Below are positions 51,010-60,227 of a DNA stretch of 64,000 nt, one piece after another. Position numbers and translations under genes: made by a program. The notes under the pieces are model-generated. The model was not told where the DNA came from and did not search any database. It saw nothing but the letters and a program-made list of their open reading frames with translations. Within the stretch, counting starts at the first letter, position 1. Each line of letters opens with the position of its first letter. Origin of the DNA: Bacteroidales bacterium. Lineage in GTDB: Bacteria > Bacteroidota > Bacteroidia > Bacteroidales > UBA12077. The stretch lies in the NCBI GenBank assembly GCA_041686375.1, contig JAWLEB010000001.1:73997-137996 (forward strand), read 5' to 3'.

Positions 51010-52128
51010 TTATTTATGTTTTATTTCAACACGTTTTGTTGGATCTATTTTTTTATTTCTTTTCTCAATTTCTTCTTTTAATTTTTGGGCCATTTTTTTA
51101 AAGGCTTCTCCCTCTCGTGAACTTTCATCAATTGCGGAAGGTTTACCTTCTTCTCCGCTTTCCATAATGCTTTGAACCAGTGGAATTTGCCCTAACAGTG
51201 GAATGTTTTCTTTTTCTGCTAATTTTTTGCATCCTTCTTTTCCAAAGATGTAATATTTATTATCTGGTAATTCAGCGGGTGTAAACCATGCCATATTCTC
51301 CACCAATCCAAGAATTGGGACATTAATCTCGTCATTGGTGAACATGCGTATTCCTTTAAGAGCATCTGCCAGAGCAATTTTTTGGGGTGTACTGACAATA
51401 ACTGCTCCGGTCACTGCCAGTTCCTGGACAAGTGTGAGATGAATATCACTTGTTCCCGGAGGAAGGTCTATAATCATATAGTCAAGCTCTCCCCAGTCTC
51501 CTTGTTGTATGATTTGTTTCAGGGCATTTGTGGCCATAGGTCCCCTCCAAATCAATGCATCTTCTGGATTTACAAAAAAACCAATGGAGAGCATTTTCAC
51601 ATCATATTTTTCTAAGGGGATTATCCTTTCGACACCATCAACTTTTTTTCCTGTGGGTTTTGTATCCTCAACATTAAACATTTTTGGAATGGAAGGACCA
51701 AAAATGTCTGCATCAAGGAGTCCAACTTTTACGCCTGTTTTTGCCAGAGCCACAGCAGTATTTGCAGCTATGGTGGATTTACCAACACCTCCTTTCCCTG
51801 ATGCTATGGCAACGATATTTTTTACACCTGGCAACATTTCATCTTGTTTAGGATCCTTACTGCTTTTTCTTTCAGGTACCTTAACATTGATGTTACCACG
51901 GATATGAACATTATTTTTTCCTAACTCTTCCTCAATTGCCTTTACACATGTTTTCTTAATTGAAGAAATCAGGGGGTCATTTGATTTTTTGACTATGAGG
52001 TTAAACCCTATCTTATTTCCTTCGATATTAATATCGTCAATCATTCCCTGTGATACTATATCCTGACCCGTTTCGGGGTGTTTTACTTTTCTGAGTATAT
52101 TGAGTATTTGTTGATGTGAATAATTCAT
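51010..52128 (-). CDS. Mrp/ApbC/NBP35-family Fe-S cluster carrier ATPase
   Basis: N-terminal DUF59-like region, deviant Walker A ASGKGGVGKST, and DLPPGTSD. Confidence 0.9.
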   Translation of the reverse strand: MNYSHQQILNILRKVKHPETGQDIVSQGMIDDINIEGNKIGFNLIVKKSNDPLISSIKKTCVKAIEEELGKNNVHIRGNINVKVPERKSSKDPKQDEMLPGVKNIVAIASGKGGVGKSTIAANTAVALAKTGVKVGLLDADIFGPSIPKMFNVEDTKPTGKKVDGVERIIPLEKYDVKMLSIGFFVNPEDALIWRGPMATNALKQIIQQGDWGELDYMIIDLPPGTSDIHLTLVQELAVTGAVIVSTPQKIALADALKGIRMFTNDEINVPILGLVENMAWFTPAELPDNKYYIFGKEGCKKLAEKENIPLLGQIPLVQSIMESGEEGKPSAIDESSREGEAFKKMAQKLKEEIEKRNKKIDPTKRVEIKHK

Positions 52129-52194
52129 TGAATTTTAATTTGATTTAAATAAACGTCAAAATTAATTATAATATCTTTAACTTCAATGTTTTTG

Positions 52195-52527
52195 TCAAAT
52201 TAATTCTTTGCCGGGATCCCAGAAAATTCGCTCGTAATCAACAACTTTGTCGTCTTTGACCTCAATTCCTTCATTTTCCAGAAGCTGTTTCATAACATCC
52301 GGCCCCTGAAAGTGACTTTTCCCTGTAAGCATGCCTTTTTTGTTAACTACTCTGTGAGCGGGAATGAAATCTTCTTTGTCTTTTGAGCTGTTAAGCGCCC
52401 ATCCTACCATTCTTGCTGCTGCTGATGAGCCAAGAAACCTGGCAATGGCTCCGTAAGAGGTTACTCTTCCAGCAGGTATTTGCTTTGTTACACGATAAAC
52501 TTTTTCGAAGAATGTTTCATCATTCAT
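52195..52527 (-). CDS. Alkyltransferase-like (ATL) protein: MGMT DNA-binding domain lacking the acceptor cysteine
   Basis: VTSYGAIARFLGSSAAARMVGWAL and IPAHRVV in place of the MGMT PCHRVV motif. I prefer the ATG at 52527 (MNDETFFEKVY), 2 nt after the trmB stop. The longer track ORF overlaps trmB. Confidence 0.75.
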   Translation of the reverse strand: MNDETFFEKVYRVTKQIPAGRVTSYGAIARFLGSSAAARMVGWALNSSKDKEDFIPAHRVVNKKGMLTGKSHFQGPDVMKQLLENEGIEVKDDKVVDYERIFWDPGKELI

Positions 52528-53221
52528 TGTCAGGCTCTTTGAGTATTTTGTTTTTATCCAGATTAAAGGCCAGATATTTGATTGTCTTGTTTTGTTCAAT
52601 AAATTGTTCTTCGTAGAAGGTTTTGATCGTTCGCAACATTTGCAGACTTTCATCTTTTGTTCCATGGATATCTGTATGATCATGAATCAGGTTGAGATTA
52701 TTGAGTTTGATAATTTCACCTGTGTAATGATAGAGGTCGTAGTTATCTGTTTTTAGGTGAATTATACCTTTATCCTTTACGAATTGTTGATATCTTGATA
52801 GAAACATTTTGGACATAAGCCTTTTTCTGGCTTTTTTGGGTTGTGGATCAGGGAAAGTAATCCATATTTCGTCTATTTCGTCTTCCTCAAAGAACGAAGT
52901 TATGAAATCTATTCTAGTTCTTAGAAAAAGTGCATTTTGAAGGTTGTCTTCCAGCGCTTTTTTCGCTCCTCTCCACATCCTGGCTCCTTTAATATCTATT
53001 CCTATAAAATTATAAGAAGGAAAATTTTTAGACATATTAACGGTATATTCTCCTTTCCCGCACCCTAGCTCCAGAATAACCGGATTGTTATTTCTGAAGA
53101 CATCTTCTCTCCATCGTCCTTTTAATTTGTAATCTGTTTGAAATACTTCGTGAAATTTTGGTTCTAAAACGTTTGGAAACGTTTTCATTTCTTCAAAACG
53201 TTCTAATTTTCTTTTTGTCAC
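52520..53221 (-). CDS. trmB: tRNA (guanine46-N7)-methyltransferase
   Basis: SAM motif ILELGCGKGEY and FPDPQPKK. The GTG start overlaps the gldH stop (GTGA). Confidence 0.9.
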   Translation of the reverse strand: MTKRKLERFEEMKTFPNVLEPKFHEVFQTDYKLKGRWREDVFRNNNPVILELGCGKGEYTVNMSKNFPSYNFIGIDIKGARMWRGAKKALEDNLQNALFLRTRIDFITSFFEEDEIDEIWITFPDPQPKKARKRLMSKMFLSRYQQFVKDKGIIHLKTDNYDLYHYTGEIIKLNNLNLIHDHTDIHGTKDESLQMLRTIKTFYEEQFIEQNKTIKYLAFNLDKNKILKEPDNE

Positions 53222-53706
53222 TGTTCAGAGATTTTTGCTTTTTCGATTTGAATGCCAAAATCAGTAACATGTTTAAGCGGATTTGCACGCATTCCCTGCT
53301 GTATGTCAATTGTGTAAGTTCCGCTTTTTGGGAAACGCACATACTCTTTATATGGAACGGATACCTCAAATACATCTCCCCAACCTTTTCCGTACCATTG
53401 TCCTTTATCATTCGCCAGCATTAATTCCAGCGTATCTTTAACTGTAAATCCTTCAGGGGATGTGGTTTCAACAAACAAGTATAAGTTTTGGTACTGGTAT
53501 TCAGAAGTGTGGCGAACATAGAAAAAGACATGATGTGCGTTTATGGTATCTTCTATGTTGAAACGGTAGCTAAGAACGTTGGAAGTATCCCACTTAGCAT
53601 TTTTTAGATCAGTGCTTTCATTATAAATACGGTCTGGGTTGCAGCTATAAACAATAAGAAGTGTCGCCAATACTGTTATAGTTGTGCTAATTTTTTTTCT
53701 TTCCAT
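53218..53706 (-). CDS. gldH: Gliding motility lipoprotein GldH
   Basis: The start is taken at MERKKIST (53706). Lipobox VYSC. The CNPDRIYNES..W.....F...NLYLFVETTSPEG..VKDTLEL.LA...G...G pattern matches the GldH family. The position after holB-PSP1 is typical. Confidence 0.75.
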   Translation of the reverse strand: MERKKISTTITVLATLLIVYSCNPDRIYNESTDLKNAKWDTSNVLSYRFNIEDTINAHHVFFYVRHTSEYQYQNLYLFVETTSPEGFTVKDTLELMLANDKGQWYGKGWGDVFEVSVPYKEYVRFPKSGTYTIDIQQGMRANPLKHVTDFGIQIEKAKISEQ

Positions 53707-54844
53707 TCGATTTTCTTTTTTTTCTTGTTGATTTCCGCTTTTTCTTATTCCTAGCCTTTTTATCAAAGCGATCCAGACTTTCTTGCCCTACATTATTTTC
53801 AAAATCGATGGAATCATTCATTAAACTTTCAGTGTCTATTAATGCATCTGGCTTATTTCCTCCCTGATTGATTGAGATGATTTGTTTCACTCTTTCGACT
53901 GACACCGGAATTAAACTTTCTGAGGAATCAGTACTGAATGAATACCAAAGTGTCTTTTTGAAAATATCTGTTTTTTGATGATAAGCCGTTCCTTGTTTCG
54001 TTTCCAGAAGAATCTCTGTATCCGGGAAATTCTTCTTGGCATCAATATAACAATCTAGTTCATAATTCAGGCAGCATTTTAGTTTGCCACACTGGCCTGC
54101 AAGCTTTTGAGGATTAAGTGATAGTTCCTGATGTCTGGCTGAATTTGTTGTAACAGAAACAAAATCTGTTAACCATGAGGAACAACATAACTCCCTGCCA
54201 CATGATCCAATCCCGCCAATTCTCCCTGATTCCTGCCGGGTTCCTATCTGGCGCATTTCTATACGGATTTTAAACTCTTCTGCCAGAATTTTTATAAGCT
54301 CTCTGAAATCAACACGTTCTTCTGCAATGTAATAAAAGATGGCTTTTGTCTTATCTCCCTGGTATTCAACATCTCCAATCTTCATCTCAAGGTTTAAATC
54401 TCTTGCTATTTTCCGTGCTTTTATCATTGTTTTATGTTCCAGGGATACAGCTTCGCGCCATTTCTCAATGTCTGTTTCTTTGGCTTTGCGATAGATATTT
54501 TTAAACTCAGTCTCTTCTGGTGAGGTATCGAGTTTTTTCAGTTTTCTCAGCACTAACTCTCCGGTTAGGGATACGATTCCAATGTCGTGCCCTGGAGATG
54601 CTTCTACTGCCACTATATCTCCTTCTCTCAGTCTTAGTTGATTAATGTTATGAAAAATTTCTTTCCGGGTATTTTTAAAGTGTACTTCAACCAAATCGGT
54701 TGATCCGCTATACGAAGGGATATCCTTCAGCCAGTTGATATTATTCAGTTTTGTGTAATGCTCTGGCTTACAAAAGCTACATGGCCAATTTTGTTCCTGT
54801 TGCTTTGTCTTATCTATATATTGATTATTGTTTGTATTGTCCAT
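53687..54844 (-). CDS. PSP1 domain protein (RicT/YaaT-like)
   Basis: PSP1 C-terminal core with Cys cluster GSCGRELCCSSWL...CGKLKCCLNYE and a Lys-rich tail. Confidence 0.85.
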   Translation of the reverse strand: MDNTNNNQYIDKTKQQEQNWPCSFCKPEHYTKLNNINWLKDIPSYSGSTDLVEVHFKNTRKEIFHNINQLRLREGDIVAVEASPGHDIGIVSLTGELVLRKLKKLDTSPEETEFKNIYRKAKETDIEKWREAVSLEHKTMIKARKIARDLNLEMKIGDVEYQGDKTKAIFYYIAEERVDFRELIKILAEEFKIRIEMRQIGTRQESGRIGGIGSCGRELCCSSWLTDFVSVTTNSARHQELSLNPQKLAGQCGKLKCCLNYELDCYIDAKKNFPDTEILLETKQGTAYHQKTDIFKKTLWYSFSTDSSESLIPVSVERVKQIISINQGGNKPDALIDTESLMNDSIDFENNVGQESLDRFDKKARNKKKRKSTRKKRKSNGKKKN

Positions 54845-54924
54845 AATTTATACTTTTTAACTCATTTTCATTAATAAACATGAGTTAGAAAATGGGATTT
54901 TAGTTCCTGCAAAATTAATGAAAA

Positions 54925-56049
54925 TTATAGTCTTAACAATTTCATCAGTTTAATGGAGAGATCGAGAAAAAGGGTTTTATTATGCGCATTCATTTGAATA
55001 TCACGTGATGCATTATTAATCTCAGTGAAAATTTTATGAGCATTGTTATTGTTAATAAACTGAGAAAATTTTATGGAGAAATCTTTTTCTTCCTGGGTAA
55101 GATATGTTATTTTTTCCATTTCCAAATTAAGCATAAAATTTTCTCTTACCATTCTTGCCGCATATTGAAGGAATATTTTTTGTCTTTCTCTTCCAAGTGA
55201 TGACATTTCATCTACCCAGTTCAGGATGTCGGTTACCTTTTTGGCATAGCTTAGACGCATTAATTCAACAAAACGTTTGAAATTGTTTTGTTCTTCCTCT
55301 CCGGTACGAAAATAGTGTAGCGCATCCAGGTAGCTCCCGTTCGCCAGGTGCACAATCTCTTGTGCCTTTTTTACTTCCAGCCCCATATGGTCTGTTAATG
55401 CATTAAACATACTTTGATCATCAATGCCGGGCACTTTAATATTTTGGGTTCTTGAAAGTATTGTTGGAAGCAGAAGGTCGGAGTTTTCAGAGACCAGAAA
55501 AAACAATGTGTTTGGTGGTGGTTCTTCAATGATTTTAAGCAGCTTATTTGCTGCACTGGTATGCATTCTTTCCGGAAGCCATATTATCATCGTTTTATAG
55601 GGAGACTCATAACTTTTATAATTTAACTTTTTTATGATGTTGTGGCTTTCATTTGCCGGAATAATTCCCTGTTTGTTTTCCAGTTCCAACTTGTGGTACC
55701 AGTGGTTTGGGCTAAGGTATGGGTTTTCGAGTATGGTGTTTCTCCATAATTCTGCGTAATTGTCACTGGTTTCAGGATTGGTCTGTGATGCCTTTTTTAC
55801 GGGATAGACAAAATGTAAGTCAGGGTGTACAAGCCTCCGATATTTTTTACAAGAATTACATATACCACATGAATCATTTTCCTGTCTGTTTTCACAATTA
55901 ATATACTGAGCATAAGCAATTGCAAGGGCTAATTTGCCTGTTCCCTGAGGACCCAGGAAAATTTGGGTGTGGCTTATTCTCTCATCTTTAACTGTTTTTA
56001 TCAGTTGTTGCTTTATTTTGTACTGTCCAATAATTTCTTTGAATTGCAT
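54925..56049 (-). CDS. holB: DNA polymerase III subunit delta'
   Basis: AAA+ N-domain GPQGTGKLALA, zinc module CGICNSCKK, and SRTQ sensor. Confidence 0.85.
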   Translation of the reverse strand: MQFKEIIGQYKIKQQLIKTVKDERISHTQIFLGPQGTGKLALAIAYAQYINCENRQENDSCGICNSCKKYRRLVHPDLHFVYPVKKASQTNPETSDNYAELWRNTILENPYLSPNHWYHKLELENKQGIIPANESHNIIKKLNYKSYESPYKTMIIWLPERMHTSAANKLLKIIEEPPPNTLFFLVSENSDLLLPTILSRTQNIKVPGIDDQSMFNALTDHMGLEVKKAQEIVHLANGSYLDALHYFRTGEEEQNNFKRFVELMRLSYAKKVTDILNWVDEMSSLGRERQKIFLQYAARMVRENFMLNLEMEKITYLTQEEKDFSIKFSQFINNNNAHKIFTEINNASRDIQMNAHNKTLFLDLSIKLMKLLRL

Positions 56050-56164
56050 ATCTGTTATTTATGGCTATATTTCTATGTTTTCATTATCTTCGCTGTTTGT
56101 AACAACTCTTCAAAGTTAATTAAAATAAAATTTTTATATTTAACTAAAAAAATAATACCAACCC

Positions 56165-58549
56165 ATGTATTCAATAGACAATTATAACTTTAAAGGTAAG
56201 AAAGTTTTAATGAGAGTGGATTTCAACGTTCCCCTCGATAAAAATCAAAAGATAACCGATGATACCAGGATAGTGACAGCTTTGCCCTCTATCCAGAAAG
56301 TTTTAAGCGAGAAAGCAGCACTAATTTTGCTTACACATCTGGGTAGACCTAAAGGCAAGTATGATGAAAAATTATCGGTAAAGCATATTGTTCCCTATCT
56401 TTCAAATATATTGGAACGTGAGGTTCAATTTGTCGATGGGTGCATAGGCGATAAAGTTAAAAAGAAAGTAAGTGAATTAAAGCCCGGCGAAGTTTTGATA
56501 TTAGAAAACTTGCGATTTCATCCGGAGGAAAAGAGGGGCGGTAGTGAATTTGCCCGGCAACTTGCTGAGTTAGGGGATGTATATATTAATGATGCATTTG
56601 GAACAGCCCATAGGGCTCATGCTTCTACTTATACGGTGGCTAAATATTTTTCCAAAGATAAGATGTTGGGTTATTTGGTAGAAAGTGAAATTAAGAATAT
56701 GGACAGGGTGCTGAATGAGCCAGAACATCCATTTACAGCAATTATAGGAGGGTCAAAGATTTCTACTAAAATACACATTATAAAAGCCTTAATTGAAAAA
56801 GTTGATAATTTAATAATTGCTGGAGGTATTGCTTATACATTTAGTAAGGCTACCGGCGGCAAAATTGGGAATTCCATTGTTGAGAATAATTATTTAGATG
56901 TGGCGCTTGAGATAATAGAAAAGGCAAATAAATTTAAAGTGAATCTTTATTTACCGACCGACTGTATTATTGCGGATGAATTTAAGAATGATGCTAATAT
57001 TAAACATACTGAAATAGACAGCATCCCTGACAACTGGATTGGAATGGATATTGGAATTAAATCTGCCAACCAGTTTGCAAATGTTATTGAAAATTCAAAA
57101 AAGATACTTTGGAATGGTCCCATAGGAGTTTTTGAGATGTCTAATTTTTCTATGGGGACCTTAAAAATTGCTATGGCAGTGGCTTCAGCAACAGACCGTG
57201 GTGCTTTTTCTGTGTTAGGAGGTGGAGATAGTATTTCTGCTGTTAATAAATATGGACTATCAAACCGTATTAGTTTCGTTTCAACGGCTGGAGGCGCTTT
57301 ACTGGAATATCTGGAGGGAAAAGAATTACCTAGTTTACGGGCAATTCGTGAACAACTGACGATTGATAATTATGATTTTAATGGGAAAAGAGTTTTAATG
57401 CGAGTTGATTTTAATGTCCCTATGGATGAAAATTATAATGTTTTGGACAACACCCGTATCATAACTGCTTTGCCAACTGTGCGGAAGATTCTAACAGATG
57501 GTGGTTCTATAATATTTTTGACTCACCTTGGGCGGCCGGTTGGCGAATATGATGAGCGTTTATCTCTCAAACATATCGTGCCTTATCTTTCCCGTATTCT
57601 GGATAAAGAAATAAAATTTGTTGATAACTGTCTGGGGCGCAGAGCTAAATTAGCTGCAGAAAACTTACAACCGGGAGAGATTCTGTTATTAGAAAATCTG
57701 AGATTTCATAAAGAAGAATTTGAAGGAGACGAACAATTTGCCAAAGAACTCGCTGAATTAGGCGATGTTTATATTAATAATTCTTTTGGTACAGCCCACA
57801 GGGCTCATGCTTCCACTTATACAATTGCCAAATTTTTCCCTGACAATAGAATGTTAGGATATTTGGTTGAAAATGAAATAAACAATATCAATAGAGTTCT
57901 GAAAAGGCCTAAAAGACCATTTACTGCTATTTTAGGAGGATCTCAGGTCTCTACCAAGATACATATCATTCTTTCATTGTTACAAAAAGTTGATAACCTG
58001 ATTATTGCCGGGGGTATTGCTTATACTTTTGTCAAAGCCATGGGTGGAGATGTCGGCGATTCATTAGTGGAGGAGGATTATCTTGATGTTGCTAAAGATA
58101 TCTTGGATAAAGCAGAAGAATTAGATGTAAGTTTATTATTGCCAATCGATTGTGTTATCGCCGACGATTTCAATAATAATGCTAATATAAAGCATAGTGA
58201 TATTAACAAAATAGAAAAGGGCTGGAGAGGGATGGATATTGGTATTAAATCTGCCAACAAATTTGCAGAAGTAATAGAAAGTTCATCTTCCCTGCTCTGG
58301 AATGGGCCAATTGGTGTTTTCGAGATGTCGAATTTTTCCAGTGGTACACTTCGCATAGCTTTGGCTGTTACCCGTGCTACTGATAAAGGTGCATTTTCTT
58401 TAATCAGTGGAGGTGACTCTATTGCAGCATTGAATAAATATAATCTGGCTCATAAAGTAAGCTATGTGTCTACAGCAGGTGGTGCTCTGCTGGAATTTAT
58501 TGAAGGGAAGCAATTACCTTCCCTGAAGGCTATTGAGGAAAATATTTAA
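56165..58549 (+). CDS. pgk: Tandem-fused phosphoglycerate kinase (PGK-PGK didomain, 794 aa)
   Basis: Two full PGK units with a period of about 396 aa and no gaps. Each carries RVDFNVP, HLGRP, ENLRF, GTAHRAHAS, GGS(K/Q).STKI, WNGPIGVFE, (G/S)GGDS, STAGGALLE. The junction ..LRAIREQ|LTIDNYDFNGKRVLMRVDFNVP lies near nt 57353-57358 with no stop. Confidence 0.9.
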   Translation: MYSIDNYNFKGKKVLMRVDFNVPLDKNQKITDDTRIVTALPSIQKVLSEKAALILLTHLGRPKGKYDEKLSVKHIVPYLSNILEREVQFVDGCIGDKVKKKVSELKPGEVLILENLRFHPEEKRGGSEFARQLAELGDVYINDAFGTAHRAHASTYTVAKYFSKDKMLGYLVESEIKNMDRVLNEPEHPFTAIIGGSKISTKIHIIKALIEKVDNLIIAGGIAYTFSKATGGKIGNSIVENNYLDVALEIIEKANKFKVNLYLPTDCIIADEFKNDANIKHTEIDSIPDNWIGMDIGIKSANQFANVIENSKKILWNGPIGVFEMSNFSMGTLKIAMAVASATDRGAFSVLGGGDSISAVNKYGLSNRISFVSTAGGALLEYLEGKELPSLRAIREQLTIDNYDFNGKRVLMRVDFNVPMDENYNVLDNTRIITALPTVRKILTDGGSIIFLTHLGRPVGEYDERLSLKHIVPYLSRILDKEIKFVDNCLGRRAKLAAENLQPGEILLLENLRFHKEEFEGDEQFAKELAELGDVYINNSFGTAHRAHASTYTIAKFFPDNRMLGYLVENEINNINRVLKRPKRPFTAILGGSQVSTKIHIILSLLQKVDNLIIAGGIAYTFVKAMGGDVGDSLVEEDYLDVAKDILDKAEELDVSLLLPIDCVIADDFNNNANIKHSDINKIEKGWRGMDIGIKSANKFAEVIESSSSLLWNGPIGVFEMSNFSSGTLRIALAVTRATDKGAFSLISGGDSIAALNKYNLAHKVSYVSTAGGALLEFIEGKQLPSLKAIEENI

Positions 58550-58775
58550 TTTTAGTTTATAATTTTAATGATTTATTTAACCCGAATTATTCAAAAATTT
58601 AAGTTCACCTAAGTCGGCATCACCTTTGCTTTGTCAATATTGCGGAGTAAGGGTTTAATCTGCATTTAATCCAAATATTTTATAAATATGAATTATGTTA
58701 GGTATTAATCAAATGAACAATTCATCGGAATATAAACTATTATATAGTAAGATGTAGAATAAAAAAGTTAAAGCC

Positions 58776-60065
58776 ATGATAGAAAAATACAATTTACCCT
58801 TGATACAAAATGCCGATCTGGATGGAAAGGTCGTTTTGGTAAGAGTTGACCACAATGTTGTAAAAAAAGGAGAAATCCATGACCCTTATCGTATTGACGC
58901 TACAATTGGAACACTATATCATATCAATGCAAAAGGAGGAAAAATTATTTTGATGACTCATGTGGGTCGTCCCAGAGATAAGAAAACGGGAAAGATAGAA
59001 ATTAGTGATGATTTATCAGTTCAACCCATTGTGGATTATTTGCAGAATAAACTTCATATATCTCTTAAAGTTCCGGAGTTTCAGCAACACGGGGATAAAG
59101 GCTATCTGGGAATTGAAACTTCCGTCAACCATTTAATACGTGAATTACGTGAAGGTAAGATTGATGGTATTTATTTGCCTAATACTCGTTGGTTTTATGG
59201 TGAAGAAGCAGGAGGGGAAGAAGCCGATAGGTTTGCTCATCAATTGGCCGGTCTGGCAGATATTTTTGTTAATGATGCTTTTGGTTCATGGCAACCACAT
59301 GCTTCCACTGTTGAAGTGAATAAATACCTTCCTTCTTATGCAGGTTTTTTGATGCAAAGTGAAATAGAAAACCTGGAGCGAATTTACAATCCAAGGAAAC
59401 CATTTGTTGCTGTAGTAGCAGGGGCAAAATTTGATACCAAGGCGGAACCCTTGTATGCTCTACTGGAGAAGGTAGATTATCTTATTTTAGGAGGCGTTAT
59501 ATACAACGCTTATCTTGCGGCTAAATATGGTTTTGAAATTAATGGAATCACGGAGGAAGACCGTAAGCTGGCAAAAGAATTTATAGATTATGCAGAAAAG
59601 TATCAAAATAAAGTAGTGGAACTTCCTTATATTATTGAGTCTGATACACTTGAGGGCAGGATTGAAGGGAAATACAGAGAACACTATATTCATGATTTAA
59701 AATTCGGTACCAAACTGAATTATGTTTTGGATGTGTCACACAAATCCTTTGAAGAGGAAAGGGTACAGGAAGTATTTCATAATGCACAGACTATATTTGT
59801 AAATGCTGTCATGGGTTTCACTCCATATTTTAATGAAGGAACCATAGCTCTTGACCAGCTTATTGATGAAAATGTTGATGCTGTGAAGTTATATGGTGGA
59901 GGAGATACAATGCAAGAATTGAAACGCCTGTTGCCTGGCTTGTATATTGTTGCACTGGATCATCCAAAATATTATATTTTCACCGGCGGAGGAGCCGTTT
60001 TGAAGGCTATACAAGAAGGAACAACACTTGGGCTTGAACCTGTCAAAGCCCTTAAAAATTCGTGA
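58776..60065 (+). CDS. Divergent phosphoglycerate-kinase-family protein (429 aa)
   Basis: The PGK scaffold is recognisable but altered: RVDHNVV, HVGRP, NTRW, NDAFGSWQPHAS, AGAKFDTK, GGGDT, FTGGGAVL. There is extra sequence between the HVGRP and NTRW motifs. Confidence 0.7.
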   Translation: MIEKYNLPLIQNADLDGKVVLVRVDHNVVKKGEIHDPYRIDATIGTLYHINAKGGKIILMTHVGRPRDKKTGKIEISDDLSVQPIVDYLQNKLHISLKVPEFQQHGDKGYLGIETSVNHLIRELREGKIDGIYLPNTRWFYGEEAGGEEADRFAHQLAGLADIFVNDAFGSWQPHASTVEVNKYLPSYAGFLMQSEIENLERIYNPRKPFVAVVAGAKFDTKAEPLYALLEKVDYLILGGVIYNAYLAAKYGFEINGITEEDRKLAKEFIDYAEKYQNKVVELPYIIESDTLEGRIEGKYREHYIHDLKFGTKLNYVLDVSHKSFEEERVQEVFHNAQTIFVNAVMGFTPYFNEGTIALDQLIDENVDAVKLYGGGDTMQELKRLLPGLYIVALDHPKYYIFTGGGAVLKAIQEGTTLGLEPVKALKNS

Positions 60066-60227
60066 TTTAGTTCATCGCAATAGAAATTTTGTTTTATTTT
60101 TGCTACAATCACCAGCGCTTTTTTCATTGGTTACAGGAAAAAATGACATTATAATGCTGGTGGTCATTATGGCAAAATTTGCGTTACAGCTTTTACAGCA
60201 AGATAGTTAATTTGGCTAAAAATTATT

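Noticed and set aside
56165-58549. PGK-PGK duplication as an assembly artefact (collapsed or duplicated repeat).
   Set aside because: The two halves differ at roughly a third of residues and at many synonymous sites, so they are not copies of one sequence. A frameshift or stop error at the junction cannot be excluded without reads, and this is listed as the refutation test.
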